A stretch of 64,000 nt of DNA from assembly GCA_000388065.2 (NCBI GenBank), contig KB932201.1; one strand, written 5' to 3'. The number at the start of each line of letters is the position of its first letter. The stretch's first letter is position 1. Of the stretch, positions 1-11,509 are shown one piece after another. The translations under genes were made by a program, and so were the position numbers. Source of the stretch: Fonticula alba ATCC 38817 (lineage: Eukaryota; Protista; Nucleariida). Below the pieces are notes generated by a model. It was not told where the DNA came from. It saw only the letters and a list, made by a program, of their open reading frames with translations, and did not search any database.

Positions 1-603
1 CCCATACCCGCGGCGTATCGTGCCCGAGCTCAGCCCCCCCCCTCCCGTTTCGTTTCTCAGACCCTGTGTTGAGCCCACCTTCTCCTTTGCGTGGCGCACG
101 GCTGTCCCCTTCTGACTACGAACGGTTCGTTCGACTGCGCCTCCTGTCGCCCTTTGTCGTCTGCCCCGCTCCCCGCTCCCCGCTCCCTGCTCCCTGCTTC
201 CTACTCCCGGCTCCCGGCTCCCGGCTCCCCCCNNNNNNNNNNNNNNNNNNNNNNNNNNNNNNNNNNNNNNNNNNNNNNNNNNNNNNNNNNNNNNNNNNNN
301 NNNNNNNNNNNNNNNNNNNNNNNNNNNNNNNNNNNNNNNNNNNNNNNNNNNNNNNNNNNNNNNNNNNNNNNNNNNNNNNNNNNNNNNNNNNNNNNNNNNN
401 NNNNNNNNNNNNNNNNNNNNNNNNNNNNNNNNNNNNNNNNNNNNNNNNNNNNNNNNNNNNNNNNNNNNNNNNNNNNNNNNNNNNNNNNNNNNNNNNNNNN
501 NNNNNNNNNNNNNNNNNNCCCCCCCCCCCCCCCCCGGTGCCCTTCTGACATCCTCCCCTCTCCAAACAACACCTCGCCCCTCCTTCCCCCACAGACACCT
601 ATC

Positions 604-2721
604 ATGGCTTTCGTTGATATGATTTCGGCGCTCGCCTCCAGCGCCGGGTCCGACAACCCCATGTCCCCGTACCTGTGGATTGTGATCGTCGGTGGTATTG
701 CCTCCGTCATCATGGCCTTCGGTATGGGTGCCAACGACGTGGCCAACACCTTCGGCCCCTCGGTCGGCGCCAAGACCCTCACCCTCAAGCAGGCCGTCAT
801 GTTCGCTTCGGTCTTCGAGTTCACCGGTTCCGTGCTCATGGGCGGTGCCGTCGTCGACACCGTGTCCCGCGGTATCGCCGATCCCGAGATGTTCGCCGAC
901 ACCCCGGAGGTGTTGATGCTCGGTATGTTCACGTCCCTCGTCGCCGCCGGTATCTGGCTCCTGCTGGCCACCTCCCTGTCGCTCTCCGTCTCGACCACCC
1001 ACTCCGTCAGTACGTGTTCACCAGGCGGGGCCTCCTCCTCCCCCCCTTCCCATGCTCGCATTCGATGTGCCCCCCCCCNNNNNNNNNNNNNNNNNNNNNN
1101 NNNNNNNNNNNNNNNNNNNNNNNNNNNNNNNNNNNNNNNNNNNNNNNNNNNNNNNNNNNNNNNNNNNNNNNNNNNNNNNNNNNNNNNNNNNNNNNNNNNN
1201 NNNNNNNNNNNNNNNNNNNNNNNNNNNNNNNNNNNNNNNNNNNNNNNNNNNNNNNNNNNNNNNNNNNNNNNNNNNNNNNNNNNNNNNNNNNNNNNNNNNN
1301 NNNNNNNNNNNNNNNNNNNNNNNNNNNNNNNNNNNNNNNNNNNNNNNNNNNNNNNNNNNNNNNNNNNNNNNNNNNNNNNNNNNNNNNNNNNNNNNNNNCC
1401 CCCCCCCCCCCCCCGACACACCACCACCCACCATGCAGTTGGCTCCATCATCGGCTTCTCCCTCGTTGCCGGTGGTCCCGGCGCCATTCTGTGGGGCGAT
1501 CTCGGTCTGATCGTTGCCTCGTGGTTCATCTCTCCCGTCCTGTCCGGCAGTATCGCCGCCGCCACCTTCTGGTCGGTTCGCCGTTTCATCCTGCGCAAGG
1601 AGAACTCCCTGACCCTGGGCTACTACTTCTACCCTCTGCTGATTGCCACCACCGTGGCCGTCAATGTCTTCTTCATCACCTACAAGGGTCCCTTCAAGGG
1701 TGTTGAGGAGGTCCTGCCCGTGTGGGCGGGCATCCTGGTTTCCATCGGTGCCGGTATCGTCCTGGCCACTCTCATCCACTTCCTGCTGATGCCCTTCATC
1801 CGCCGGTACATTGAGAAGGGCTCCAGCGATGAGGAGGAGGATGTCGGCTCTCTGGCCGCCACCGCCCCGGAGGACTACGGCGTCTCGGTTCCCATCAACG
1901 CCGATGCCTCTGCCCTGTCCGGTGCCACCACCACCGGCGTCGATGACCGCATGCCCCTGCTGGCTGATGCCTCCACCCCGCTGATCGCCGAGGACACCGC
2001 CAGCAAGCCGACCGAGAACGCCGCCTCCGCCAGTGTCATGAGCTTCTACCAGTCCACCCTCAACCGTGATGTCCATGCCGAGGCCAAGAGCGAGGAGGTT
2101 GCCCGTCTCCACGCCTCTGCCGAGATCTTCGACGAGAAGACCGAGCAGCTCTTCAGCTACCTGCAGGTGGCCACTGCCTGCTTTGCTTCCTTCGCCCACG
2201 GTGCCAACGACGTGTCCAACTCCGTGGCCCCCTTCACCATGATCTACTACATCTACATGTATGCCGATATCCCGGCCGGCGACTATGCCCCGCCTGTCTG
2301 GATTCTGGTCATGGGTGGTATCGGTATCGTGGCCGGTCTGGCCCTGTACGGCTACAAGCTGATTATCGCCATCGGCACGAACCTCATCAAGATGACCCCC
2401 TCTCGTGGTTTCGCCATCGAGCTGGCCACCGCCGCCACCGTGGTCATGGCCTCCATGATTGGTATCCCCATTTCCTCCACCCATTGCCAGGTCGGTGCCA
2501 CCGTTGCTGTGGGTGCCTGCGAGGGCAAGAGCGGCTTCAACCTCAAGCTCTTCACCAAGACCTTCTCCGCCTGGATTATCACCATCTTCTTCGCTGGTGC
2601 CGTGTCGGCCGGTATCTTCTCCCTGGCCTACTTCTCCCCGGCCCACCCGGACTTCGGCTCGGTCATCATCCCCCCGGCCGACTCTGCCTCCTCGGCGGTT
2701 TCCTCGCTGCTTGGCTTCTAA
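604..2721 (+). CDS. Inorganic phosphate transporter, PiT/PHO4 (SLC20/Pho89) family; 2 exons (604-1009, 1439-2721), ~562 aa
   Basis: Both PHO4 signature motifs are present (GMGANDVANTFG; FAHGANDVSNS), plus PISSTHCQVGA and many hydrophobic helices. The phase-1 intron (GTACGT at 1010, CAG ending 1438) joins STTHSV-I-GSIIG in frame. An N-gap lies inside the intron. Confidence 0.95.
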   Translation: MAFVDMISALASSAGSDNPMSPYLWIVIVGGIASVIMAFGMGANDVANTFGPSVGAKTLTLKQAVMFASVFEFTGSVLMGGAVVDTVSRGIADPEMFADTPEVLMLGMFTSLVAAGIWLLLATSLSLSVSTTHSVSTCSPGGASSSPPSHARIRCAPPXXXXXXXXXXXXXXXXXXXXXXXXXXXXXXXXXXXXXXXXXXXXXXXXXXXXXXXXXXXXXXXXXXXXXXXXXXXXXXXXXXXXXXXXXXXXXXXXXXXXXXXXXXXPPPPPRHTTTHHAVGSIIGFSLVAGGPGAILWGDLGLIVASWFISPVLSGSIAAATFWSVRRFILRKENSLTLGYYFYPLLIATTVAVNVFFITYKGPFKGVEEVLPVWAGILVSIGAGIVLATLIHFLLMPFIRRYIEKGSSDEEEDVGSLAATAPEDYGVSVPINADASALSGATTTGVDDRMPLLADASTPLIAEDTASKPTENAASASVMSFYQSTLNRDVHAEAKSEEVARLHASAEIFDEKTEQLFSYLQVATACFASFAHGANDVSNSVAPFTMIYYIYMYADIPAGDYAPPVWILVMGGIGIVAGLALYGYKLIIAIGTNLIKMTPSRGFAIELATAATVVMASMIGIPISSTHCQVGATVAVGACEGKSGFNLKLFTKTFSAWIITIFFAGAVSAGIFSLAYFSPAHPDFGSVIIPPADSASSAVSSLLGF

Positions 2722-2950
2722 GGTGTTGCCTCGCCCTTCTTCTGCCCTTGTTGGGTGATGTGCCGCAAGCACACCCACACATACATACACATACACACAT
2801 ACACACATACACACATACACACATACACACATATGTGCAGGCATGCGTACCCTCAAAATGGGTGTAGCCGGGAGTGTCTGCCCTTCTTCATCCTCTCTCC
2901 TCTCGATCCCGCAGAGAGAGAGAAGGTCGCACTCGTCAATGTGCTCCCGG

Positions 2951-2995
<45 letters not shown>

Positions 2996-3419
2996 TCCGA
3001 TGATATGGTGCCCCCCCCGTCCATTGTGTCGGGGGGTACTTCATGGATGTCGGGGCGGAGAATGGCGCAGAAGAGAGATGTGGGGCGGATGTTGGCATGC
3101 TCAACTCTGTTGTCCATAGCGCGTGCCGTCGTGTGGAGGCGCACACGGCTGGGGAGATGGGCCCTCTTGCGGCTCTGCCTCCTCCTCCGTTTCGGCGGTG
3201 TGTTGTATGCGCTCTTTCGTCCTCGGGACCATGAGAGACGGGCCTCCCCTCCCCTCTCCCTCACACTCCATTCCCCTTTCTCTCCCCCTCTTGCCCTTTG
3301 ATAAATATAAATGCCGCCAGTCGGCGCTCTGTGAATGACCTCTTCTTGTGTTGTTTTCCCCCGCGTCCCTTCTCTCGCAGGCAAAAGAGAGAAGGGGGGT
3401 TTGTTGGCCGGCGCCTTGA

Positions 3420-3460
<41 letters not shown>

Positions 3461-3815
3461 GGCTGGAAAGGAGCGCTCGCATAATTCGGAGAATGGACAG
3501 ATGTATTTGTCGCGCGGGGGGGCGGCGTGTGGACATGTGCATGGTTTTCCCCTGTGCCTTTCTCCCTCCCTCCGCCTTTTGCCCCATGCCAAGCAAATGT
3601 ATCCTTCATGTTCAGCAGATGAGAGGAAGGAGGTGCCAATCGGGCATCATGCCGGAATGGTATGGTAGAGCACATGGCATAGCACGGCACGCCAAGGGTC
3701 CACATGGCGGTGGGGCTTGCCTTCGTGCAGACACACGAGGCGCGCGCATCCACGTAGGGGGGAGGGGGAGGGCGGGGGGGGATGCACAGAGGTCCCGCCT
3801 GTATGCTCGCTCTCT

Positions 3816-5380
3816 TTACCGGATGGTACCGTTGGCGACGGTGTTCGGGGCACAAACGCCCTCCTTGCCCTTGATGGACCAAGCGATGTCGTTCCAGCGA
3901 GCAACACGGTTGGCATCGGTGCGCAGACCCGGCTGCAGGGCCTCGAAGATCTTCTTCTTCGGGTTGAGCTGGGGCAGAGGCTCGCCTATTGGTGTTTGCG
4001 GGGTTACACGGCGATGTCAGCAGCGAAAGAGGCTTCCACAAGGGGCAATCAAAAGGGGAAGAGAGAGGGCACGCGTACCGGGGTGACCCTCGAAGACGAT
4101 GACGTCGCCCACCTCGGCGCCGGCCGGCGGCTCGACCAGCTCGACGACGGTGTCCTCGGCGTTGGCAGCGCACATGACCATGGCGAAGGACTTGACACCA
4201 CGCATGCTGGGAGTTGTGGCGCGCGGCGAAACAGGAGCCAGTCAGGCACGGCGCATGCACGGTCAGAGAATGCCGAGAGGCTGGGCAAAAGCCGAGACGA
4301 TAAAGGGCCAAGGGCAGCGGGCAAAGGCCCCCCCCCCCCCCTCCCCCTCTCCTCCGCCGCTCCCCAAATTCAAGCAAACAACGCACGCAGCCGGCTTCAG
4401 GTTGCACAGGCAGATAACAAGGCGGTCCTGAAGATACTCCATCGGGATCTTGCCAACCAGGCCGGAAACGACGGTGCGGGGACCGGTCTCCTCACCGAAG
4501 TCGATCTGCTCCACATACAGGGACGAGGCATTCTCATGCAGGGCGACGCTGACCACGCGGCCAACGCGCATGTCCAGCATCGAGATGTCGGGCTCGCCGG
4601 AGACCTCGGCGGCGGCGGCGGGCTTGGCCGCGGGCTTGGCCTTGGCCTTCTTCTTCTCCTGGAGGGCCTCAGCCTCGGCGGCAACGGCAGCGAGCTGTGC
4701 GTGATTTGGTGCCGAGTGTTAGGATTGGCCAGAGACACAGAGGAAGAGCGAGAGAGGGAGAGAGGGAGAGAGGGAGAGAGGGAGAGAGAGGGAGAGAGAG
4801 GGAGAGAGAGGGAGAGCTGGCCATGGGGGTGGCGCAAAAGGCAGCCCCCACCAAGCGTGCGAAATGGGGTGCACGCACAGCAGCCTCGAAGTCAATCTTG
4901 GGGAAGACAGAGATGTTGATCTTGTCGTGGGTAAGGTCCTGGACCTCCTTGAACCAGCGGAACAGGTTGCCAACCTCGTTGTAGCGACGAGCCGGGAGGT
5001 TGTTCTATGTGCACGTAGACGCGAGCGGTGAGAGGGACTTGTTAGATCTTGTATCGGAAGAGGCCCAATGATCGGGATGGCCCGACGACAGGAAGAGGAA
5101 ACGCACGAAGTAGCCGTGGGCGATGGCAAAGACAAAGACATCAGCAGCGGAGATGTTATCGNNNNNNNNNNNNNNNNNNNNNNNNNNNNNNNNNNNNNNN
5201 NNNNNNNNNNNNNNNNNNNNNNNNNNNNNNNNNNNNNNNNNNNNNNNNNNNNNNNNNNNNNNNNNNNNNNNNNNNNNNNNNNNNNNGGGTGCAGGCGGGC
5301 GAAAGTGGCGGGGAGGGGGGGGGGGTTTCCTCCCCCGCGGGGGAAAACAGGACGGGGGGGGGGGGGCCGGGGCTTTTTGT

Positions 5381-5438
<58 letters not shown>

Positions 5439-5916
5439 AAGGGAACGTCGTGTGCGCGTGTGTGTGTGTGTGTGTGTGTGTGCGCGTGGCAAAGCAGGTG
5501 AGTCTCAGGGCAGCAGGTAGTGGCAGGGCAAGGTGGGCGCGAGCGTGGCCGACGCACGCGGGCGCTGGAGCGGATGTCACGCTGGGAAGCGGCGGCGATG
5601 GCGGGCTGCATGGTGAAGAACGCCAGGTGGATCCACTGGAGAACCTACAGGTGGTGTGCGTGCGTGTGCGCGCGTGTGAGTGGGCTGGGGCACGGGCAGG
5701 ATGGCGAAGCCAAGAGGGAGGGAGCGGGAGCAAGCGAACCTGAGCGAACTCCTCGCCGTCGGTGGGAACCAGATCCGCATGAGCCTCCTTGATGGCCTGC
5801 AGGGCAGTAGTCAGGTCGTGCTCAGTCTCGGGCAGGCCAAGGGCCTTGAGGACCAGGTTGAGCGACTGGGCGTCGGCGACGGTGGTGGTGGGGGCGGCGG
5901 CGGCGGCGTCGGACAT
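3816..5916 (-). CDS. Arc1p/AIMP1-like aminoacyl-tRNA synthetase cofactor: N-terminal GST-like domain plus C-terminal EMAPII-like tRNA-binding OB fold; about 7 exons, part of one lost in gap 5162-5286
   Basis: Spliced exons give the GST-C motif ([18 protein letters not shown]...[10 protein letters not shown]), a Lys/Ala linker ([12 protein letters not shown]), and an OB fold ([11 protein letters not shown]...[21 protein letters not shown]...[20 protein letters not shown]...[14 protein letters not shown]...LNPKKKIFE). ATG at 5916, TAA at 3816-3818. Confidence 0.9.
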
Positions 5917-7971
5917 CGCGTTCGGGTGATACTTTCGCGCTCTAGAGGAGAGGGGGCAGAAACCAGCAGGGGCGAAGATCGGGAGAGGGAATTGTCCGTC
6001 CGCCAGGCCGGTGGGCTGGCCGCCGTTCAATGTGAGTGGCCACCTCGCCGGGCAGGGATGATATGCCGGGCTCGGGCCGAGCACGAGGGCGTTTAATTTC
6101 CGGCGTTTGTTGCTGGGAGGTGGCGAGGCTGACATTTGGTCTCCGGCCGCGGCTTCCCCCTGTTGCATCTGCAGGGGGCGGAGGAGGGGGACGCGCTGTG
6201 TCTGGGGGACACCGGCGGTGGCGGCGGCAGCGGCGGCGGCGGAGGAGCACACGATAGACGAGCGACGGGCTCAACAGGCCTCGCGCAGGATTGCGTTCGC
6301 GATGCCCCGCCATCCGCCGAGGGCGTGACCTTGGAATGCCGAAGATGTGATCATATGACTGAGATACACAAGGCAATCTGATCAGGGGACGGCCGCCGCG
6401 CTGTTTCCCGTTCTCCGGCACACTTGGATCGTCTTGCAGGGGCAGGCGAAGGCGAAGGCGAAGGGGGGGGGGGGGGGTCCCCACGCTTGTTGCGTCATGA
6501 AAGAACACCGTCCCCTTGCGCCAGCCGGGGGGGGCGTCTAGGAGGGGACTACGGAGACACGGGGGCCAGACGTGGGGGAGGAGGAGTGAGGTCCGGAGGC
6601 TGCTCCGGCGGGGGCGAGGGGGTTGTGCGTGTTACGGGCCCAGCATTCACCCCTCGCCCGGCTCGGCCCCCCCCGCGGCCTGAAAGGGTGATGATCGGGA
6701 AGCCGAGGGGCGGAGACCCTTCGGAGGGCGAGGGGGGGGGGGGGGGGAGCCACAGGCAGGGGAGATTCGCGGACACATTTCTTGGGCCCCCGGGCCGGGG
6801 AGACTTCTGGTGGCCGGAGCGAGTATTGGGGCAGGCCGCTCGAGGACCGGGGGTCTTTTGAGGCTTTTCCTGCCAGCAATCCAAACACATACACTTACCG
6901 CCGTGCACCGAGGCGCGCAATTGCCGAAGTACCTTTACATCGGCGAAATTAACCAACCCCCTTCTCAGGATAGCAGCTCCCTCTGTCTCCCTCTTTCACT
7001 CACTCTCTCTCCCTCGCCGTCTGGCTGTGTCGTTCTCCGCCTTTCAGAGGGGCGAGGGGCGCCGCGTTCGGGTGCCTGAGGCCCATGCCTTTGGGCTTTC
7101 GCTGGCTGACCCCTTCTGGCGGGGGGGGGGGCGGCGAGGGGCGGGGGGGACAAATCGGCATCATGCAGTTGGGAGGGGGGGGCCCCCCCCCGTCGCCCCC
7201 CCCCCCCCTGGCCCCTGTTGCTTCATACACCGTCAGACCCCCTTTCACCCCCCCCTGCACAGGCCCGCGCCCGCGCTCGCGCCCGCCGCCACACACTTGC
7301 CCCTCTTTTTCGCGGCGAGGACCCATCAGCCGCGAGAGATCTCCTCGCGCAATGGGAAGAGGACGGGGAGGATTTTTTTGGGCCTCGTGCTTGCCCAGCA
7401 TGCCCCCGAGTGGCTTGGCTACCCATTCCCTGCTCGACAACGCTCGACACCTCCCTCCTTCCTCTCTGCCTTCCGCGCTCCACAAATCCCTACCCTCCCC
7501 TCCCCCCCGCCCGTCTCCTCCGTCCCTCGCCCTCCGTCCCTCCACCCCCTCCTTCCCCATCCCCTGCCTTTGCGTCTGGGCGTGCTCCGCTACTTCGTAG
7601 CCGCCTTTCTCGCGTGCGTCACGCCCCTCCACCGCGTCGGCTCCGACGGTGTCGCCTCCCCCCCCCCCCCCTCCGACCCGCCCCCCCAAACCCCCCCCCG
7701 ACAACCGACGCCCCCCCGACACGCGTAGCAGTATCCTGCGTCTACATGTGCTTGTCTAGTGGTGTTCGTGCAAAGTAAAGCGTACATTTCCCCCCCCCCC
7801 CCCCCCCGCCTGCCCCCTGTTCCGGCACCTTGCGGCTCAGCTAACCCCCCTCCCCTCCTCTGCCTGGTGCTTCGCGGTTCCCTCGGTTTTCTCCTTTTCA
7901 GCACCGCAAGCAGTCTCCCCTCCCCTGTGCCTCCCCCCCCCCCCGAGCGCCGGCGGCTGACTGTGTGAAGC

Positions 7972-10588
7972 ATGTTCAAAAATCTCATCAGCAAAACCAT
8001 CACCAAGCTAACGGCCCCTGGCGGGGACCGTAACTTGCTGGTCGATGATTCCGACATCTCCCGTGCGTTGTCTCCTCGTGCACCTGCGCTGGCGTCCTCA
8101 TTTTTATCCCGGGGCTCTGGCCTGCTGCCGGCTCTCCACTTTGTCCAATGCCCCTGACACAAATGCCTCGCGATTGATCGCACAGCCGAGGAGCCCTCCT
8201 ACTTCTCCCTCACCGACGAGGAGCTCACTCAAGACCCGGATACCGTTTTTACCATGCTCGAGAAGCTTGGCGAGGGGTGCGCTATCAAGTCAACCCGCCT
8301 CCCCCGCAGTTGCACTCCTCTCCTCTATTCCCTCCCCCCTTTTCTTTCTCCTGCCATGTGTTTGTGCCAGCGAGGCTTGCCTTCCTCCCGCCTAACCTCC
8401 ACACCCTCACCTGCATAGGTCATATGGCTTTGTCCATAAGGCCACTCACAATGCCAGCGGTCATATCGTTGCCATCAAGCGCGTGGCCGTGGAGGACAAT
8501 GATTTCGAGAGCCTGGTCAAGGAAATCCAGATCATGAACGGCTGCCGCTCCAAGTATATCGTCCAGTTCTACGGCAGCTACTTCAAGGACCAGCACCTCT
8601 GGGTATGTGCCTGCACCGTTGCAAAGTGCCTGTCTGCATGCCCCCTCTCTCGTACCCCCATTAGTCTGACCTTTCCTCCTCCTCCTCCGCTCTCCTCCCC
8701 CCCTCCTCTTGGAAAAGATTGTGATTGAGTACTGCGGCGCCGGGGCCGTGTCGGACGTCATGCGCATCCACCGGTCGCCGTTGACCGAAAAGCAGATTGC
8801 CGTCATTTGTCGTGACGCCCTCAATGGGCTGGTTTATCTTCACGGCCTGCGCAAGATCCACCGTGACATCAAGGCCGGCAACATCCTGCTCAACAGCCAG
8901 GGCGTGGCCAAGCTCGCGGATTTCGGTGTCACTGGCCAGCTCTCGGATGACATGGTCAAGCGTAACACCGTCATCGGCACCCCCTTCTGGATGGCCCCGG
9001 AGGTGATCGAGGAGGTTGGCTACAATGAGCTGGCCGACGTGTGGTCTCTTGGCATCACGCTGATTGAGATGGCCGATGGCTTCCCGCCTTACCACAAGAT
9101 CAACCCGATGCGTGTACGCCCTTTGCCTCCCGCCCTTTGCCTCCCGCCCTTTGCCTTTCGCCCTTTGCCTCTCGCCCTTTGCCTCTTGCCCTTCGACCCC
9201 CCCCCATCGCCACCATCACCACACACGCACACATGTATTTGTGTATGCATGTAGCCCTTGCGCCCTACCTGCCTCGAAGGAGGGTGACGATGTTCTAATT
9301 GTTCCCCCCCCCCCTCTCCCTCGCCCCTCTCTGCCCATGCAGGCTGTTTTCTTGATCCCCACCAAGCCCCCTCCGACGGTGTCCGACCCGTCCAAGTTTT
9401 CGCCGGCCTTCAATGACTTCGTTGCCAGCTGCCTGGTTAAGTCCCCGGCCCAGCGCCCGAGTGCCGAGAGTCTGCTTTCTGTGCGTCTGCTGCTTCCTCC
9501 CTTCCCCCTCGCCTGCCCGGTCCTATGGCCACGTCCCCAGCGCATCAAGAGGTAGACTAACCATGCGTCTGTCTTTTTTCTTCCTTCCCGGCGCGCCATC
9601 TTAGCACGAGTTCATCACCCAGTGCCCTCCGCGTGCGGTGCTCAATGAGCTGGTCCAGTCCACACTGGAGCGCATCAGCGAGGCCGGTGGTCTGAACAAC
9701 CTCGGCGGCGAGGACGACTCTGACGGCGAGAGCTACGATGTGCGTCTCCCTCTGCGCCCCTTCTCCTGCCTCCTCTTTCTCCCCTGATCTTTATGCGTGT
9801 GTGTGTGTGTGTGTGTGTGTGTGCCTGGCCTCGTGACTGACGTGTGTCCTGTTGCCACCTGTTGTTTGCTCCATCCCCTTGCCCCTTCTCTTCCCCCGTG
9901 TGTTACGCAGGGTGTCGTCAACACGGTCGTTCCCTCTCGCGGGCGAGGCGCCTCGCGTTTCGATGACTCGGGCGATTCCGATTCCGACTCCGATTCCGAC
10001 GATTACGACTCCAGCACCACTCAGTTTAATGGCCGGCCCGCCTACGACACCATGATTGTCAACTCAGATACCACCAATTTCGGCACCATGCAGGGTGCGT
10101 TTGCCTTCTGCCTCCTTCTGTCGCTGGCCCTTTTGGCCTCCGGCTTTCTTTCTCCACCCCTCGCGTGTGCGCGCGTGCCCATCTCACCGATGTGTGTCCC
10201 CTCCTCCCTGCTGAAGACCATGGAACGATGGTCTCCATGAACAAGACCGGCGCCGGCGCCGACGACGACGAGCCATACTTCATGAAGATCACTCGTGAGC
10301 GCGCTGCCGAGGCTGCTGCCCTGGCTGCCCGTGCTGTACGTCCATCCCGAGGGATAATCCACCTCCTGGTCTCTCCTTTGCCTTGCCGGGCATGCCCGTG
10401 CTCACTCCTCCTCACCCCTCCCCCCCCCCCCCCGCCTCTCCCCCCACTTGTCCCCGTCTCTTTCTCTCCCCCTCCCGCCCCCTCTGGTACTACCGCCACA
10501 GGAGGAGCAGAAGAAGGCCACCCCCCAGCAATCGCAGAAGTCCATGCAGGAGCTCCTGGCCGCTGTGAACTCCGGGCGCTGCCAGTAG
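7972..10588 (+). CDS. Ste20/GCK-II serine/threonine kinase, MST1/2 (Hippo/Krs1)-like; 9 exons, ~474 aa
   Basis: Exons 7972-8062, 8186-8276, 8419-8602, 8718-9113, 9343-9480, 9605-9739, 9911-10094, 10217-10335 and 10502-10588 join in frame. Motifs: LEKLGEGSYG, VAIK, HRDIKAGNILL, DFG, KRNTVIGTPFWMAPE, PMRAVFLIP, followed by a T-M-containing linker. Confidence 0.93.
9117..9195 (+). repeat. Intronic 14-nt tandem repeat (gccctttgcctYYc), about 5 copies
   Basis: Read directly in intron 4 of the MST-like kinase. Confidence 0.85.
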
Positions 10589-11389
10589 GTGCCTCTTCCT
10601 TCCTTCCTTCCGAGCGCGGGAAAGCACGCCTCTGTGGGTGGCTATGCAATCTGCGCACAGATGCGCTGCTCCGTCAGCGCTATGCTGTGCCGCGCCAGCC
10701 GCCCTCATCGCCAGCGGGGCTTGTTGCCCATTCCGATGTTCGCATGGATCTCTTTCTGTTTCGACATTTCTCCGTTGGGGCATTCTCTGTGCGCAGCGTT
10801 GCTTGTGAAAGAAAAAAAAAAANNNNNNNNNNNNNNNNNNNNNNNNNNNNNNNNNNNNNNNNNNNNNNNNNNNNNNNNNNNNNNNNNNNNNNNNNNNNNN
10901 NNNNNNNNNNNNNNNNNNNNNNNNNNNNNNNNNNNNNNNNNNNNNNNNNNNNNNNNNNNNNNNNNNNNNNNNNNNNNNNNNNNNNNNNNNNNNNNNNNNN
11001 NNNNNNNNNNNNNNNNNNNNNNNNNNNNNNNNNNNNNNNNNNNNNNNNNNNNNNNNNNNNNNNNNNNNNNNNNNNNNNNNNNNNNNNNNNNNCCCCCCCT
11101 CCCTTCCCTCTCGCCTTCTCTTGGAGGTGAGTGTTCTTGGCCTTTTCGCATTGCGCTATCGTGCTGCACTTTCTCTCTCTCTCTCTCTCTCTCCCCACCA
11201 GACAATAAAAATACAATTGAACCTCCAGCTGGCAGGAGAGGGATGGCTATTGCTTGGAATAGGGGACAGTAGTGGCAGGATGAAAGTCATGAACAGGAGG
11301 GTGTTGTATTTTAAGGAAAGGGAGGCGCATATATGCAGGCGCCATCAAGGAGGAATGAGTGCGGGCGGAGTTGTTCACATGCACGGCCG

Positions 11390-11456
11390 TCACTCGATGT
11401 CCATGGAATCCATGGAATGTGAAGAGTACAAGTGGTGCTGAGGGGCGGACATGGGC

Positions 11457-11509
<53 letters not shown>

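Noticed and set aside
1018-4407. 1129-aa minus-strand ORF and many other long overlapping ORFs
   Set aside because: These are antisense or alternative-frame shadows of GC3-rich genes and microsatellites, or ORFs running through N-gaps. They show no recognisable domains.
6341-6382. GTGATCA...CTGA as a C/D box snoRNA
   Set aside because: Box C is imperfect and the span is too short (~40 nt).
6889-6900. ACACTTACCG resembling the U1 5' end, or a minus-strand GTAAGT donor
   Set aside because: No U1 stem-loops or Sm site. The donor does not match the local consensus, and the upstream ORF starts with TTG and has no homology.
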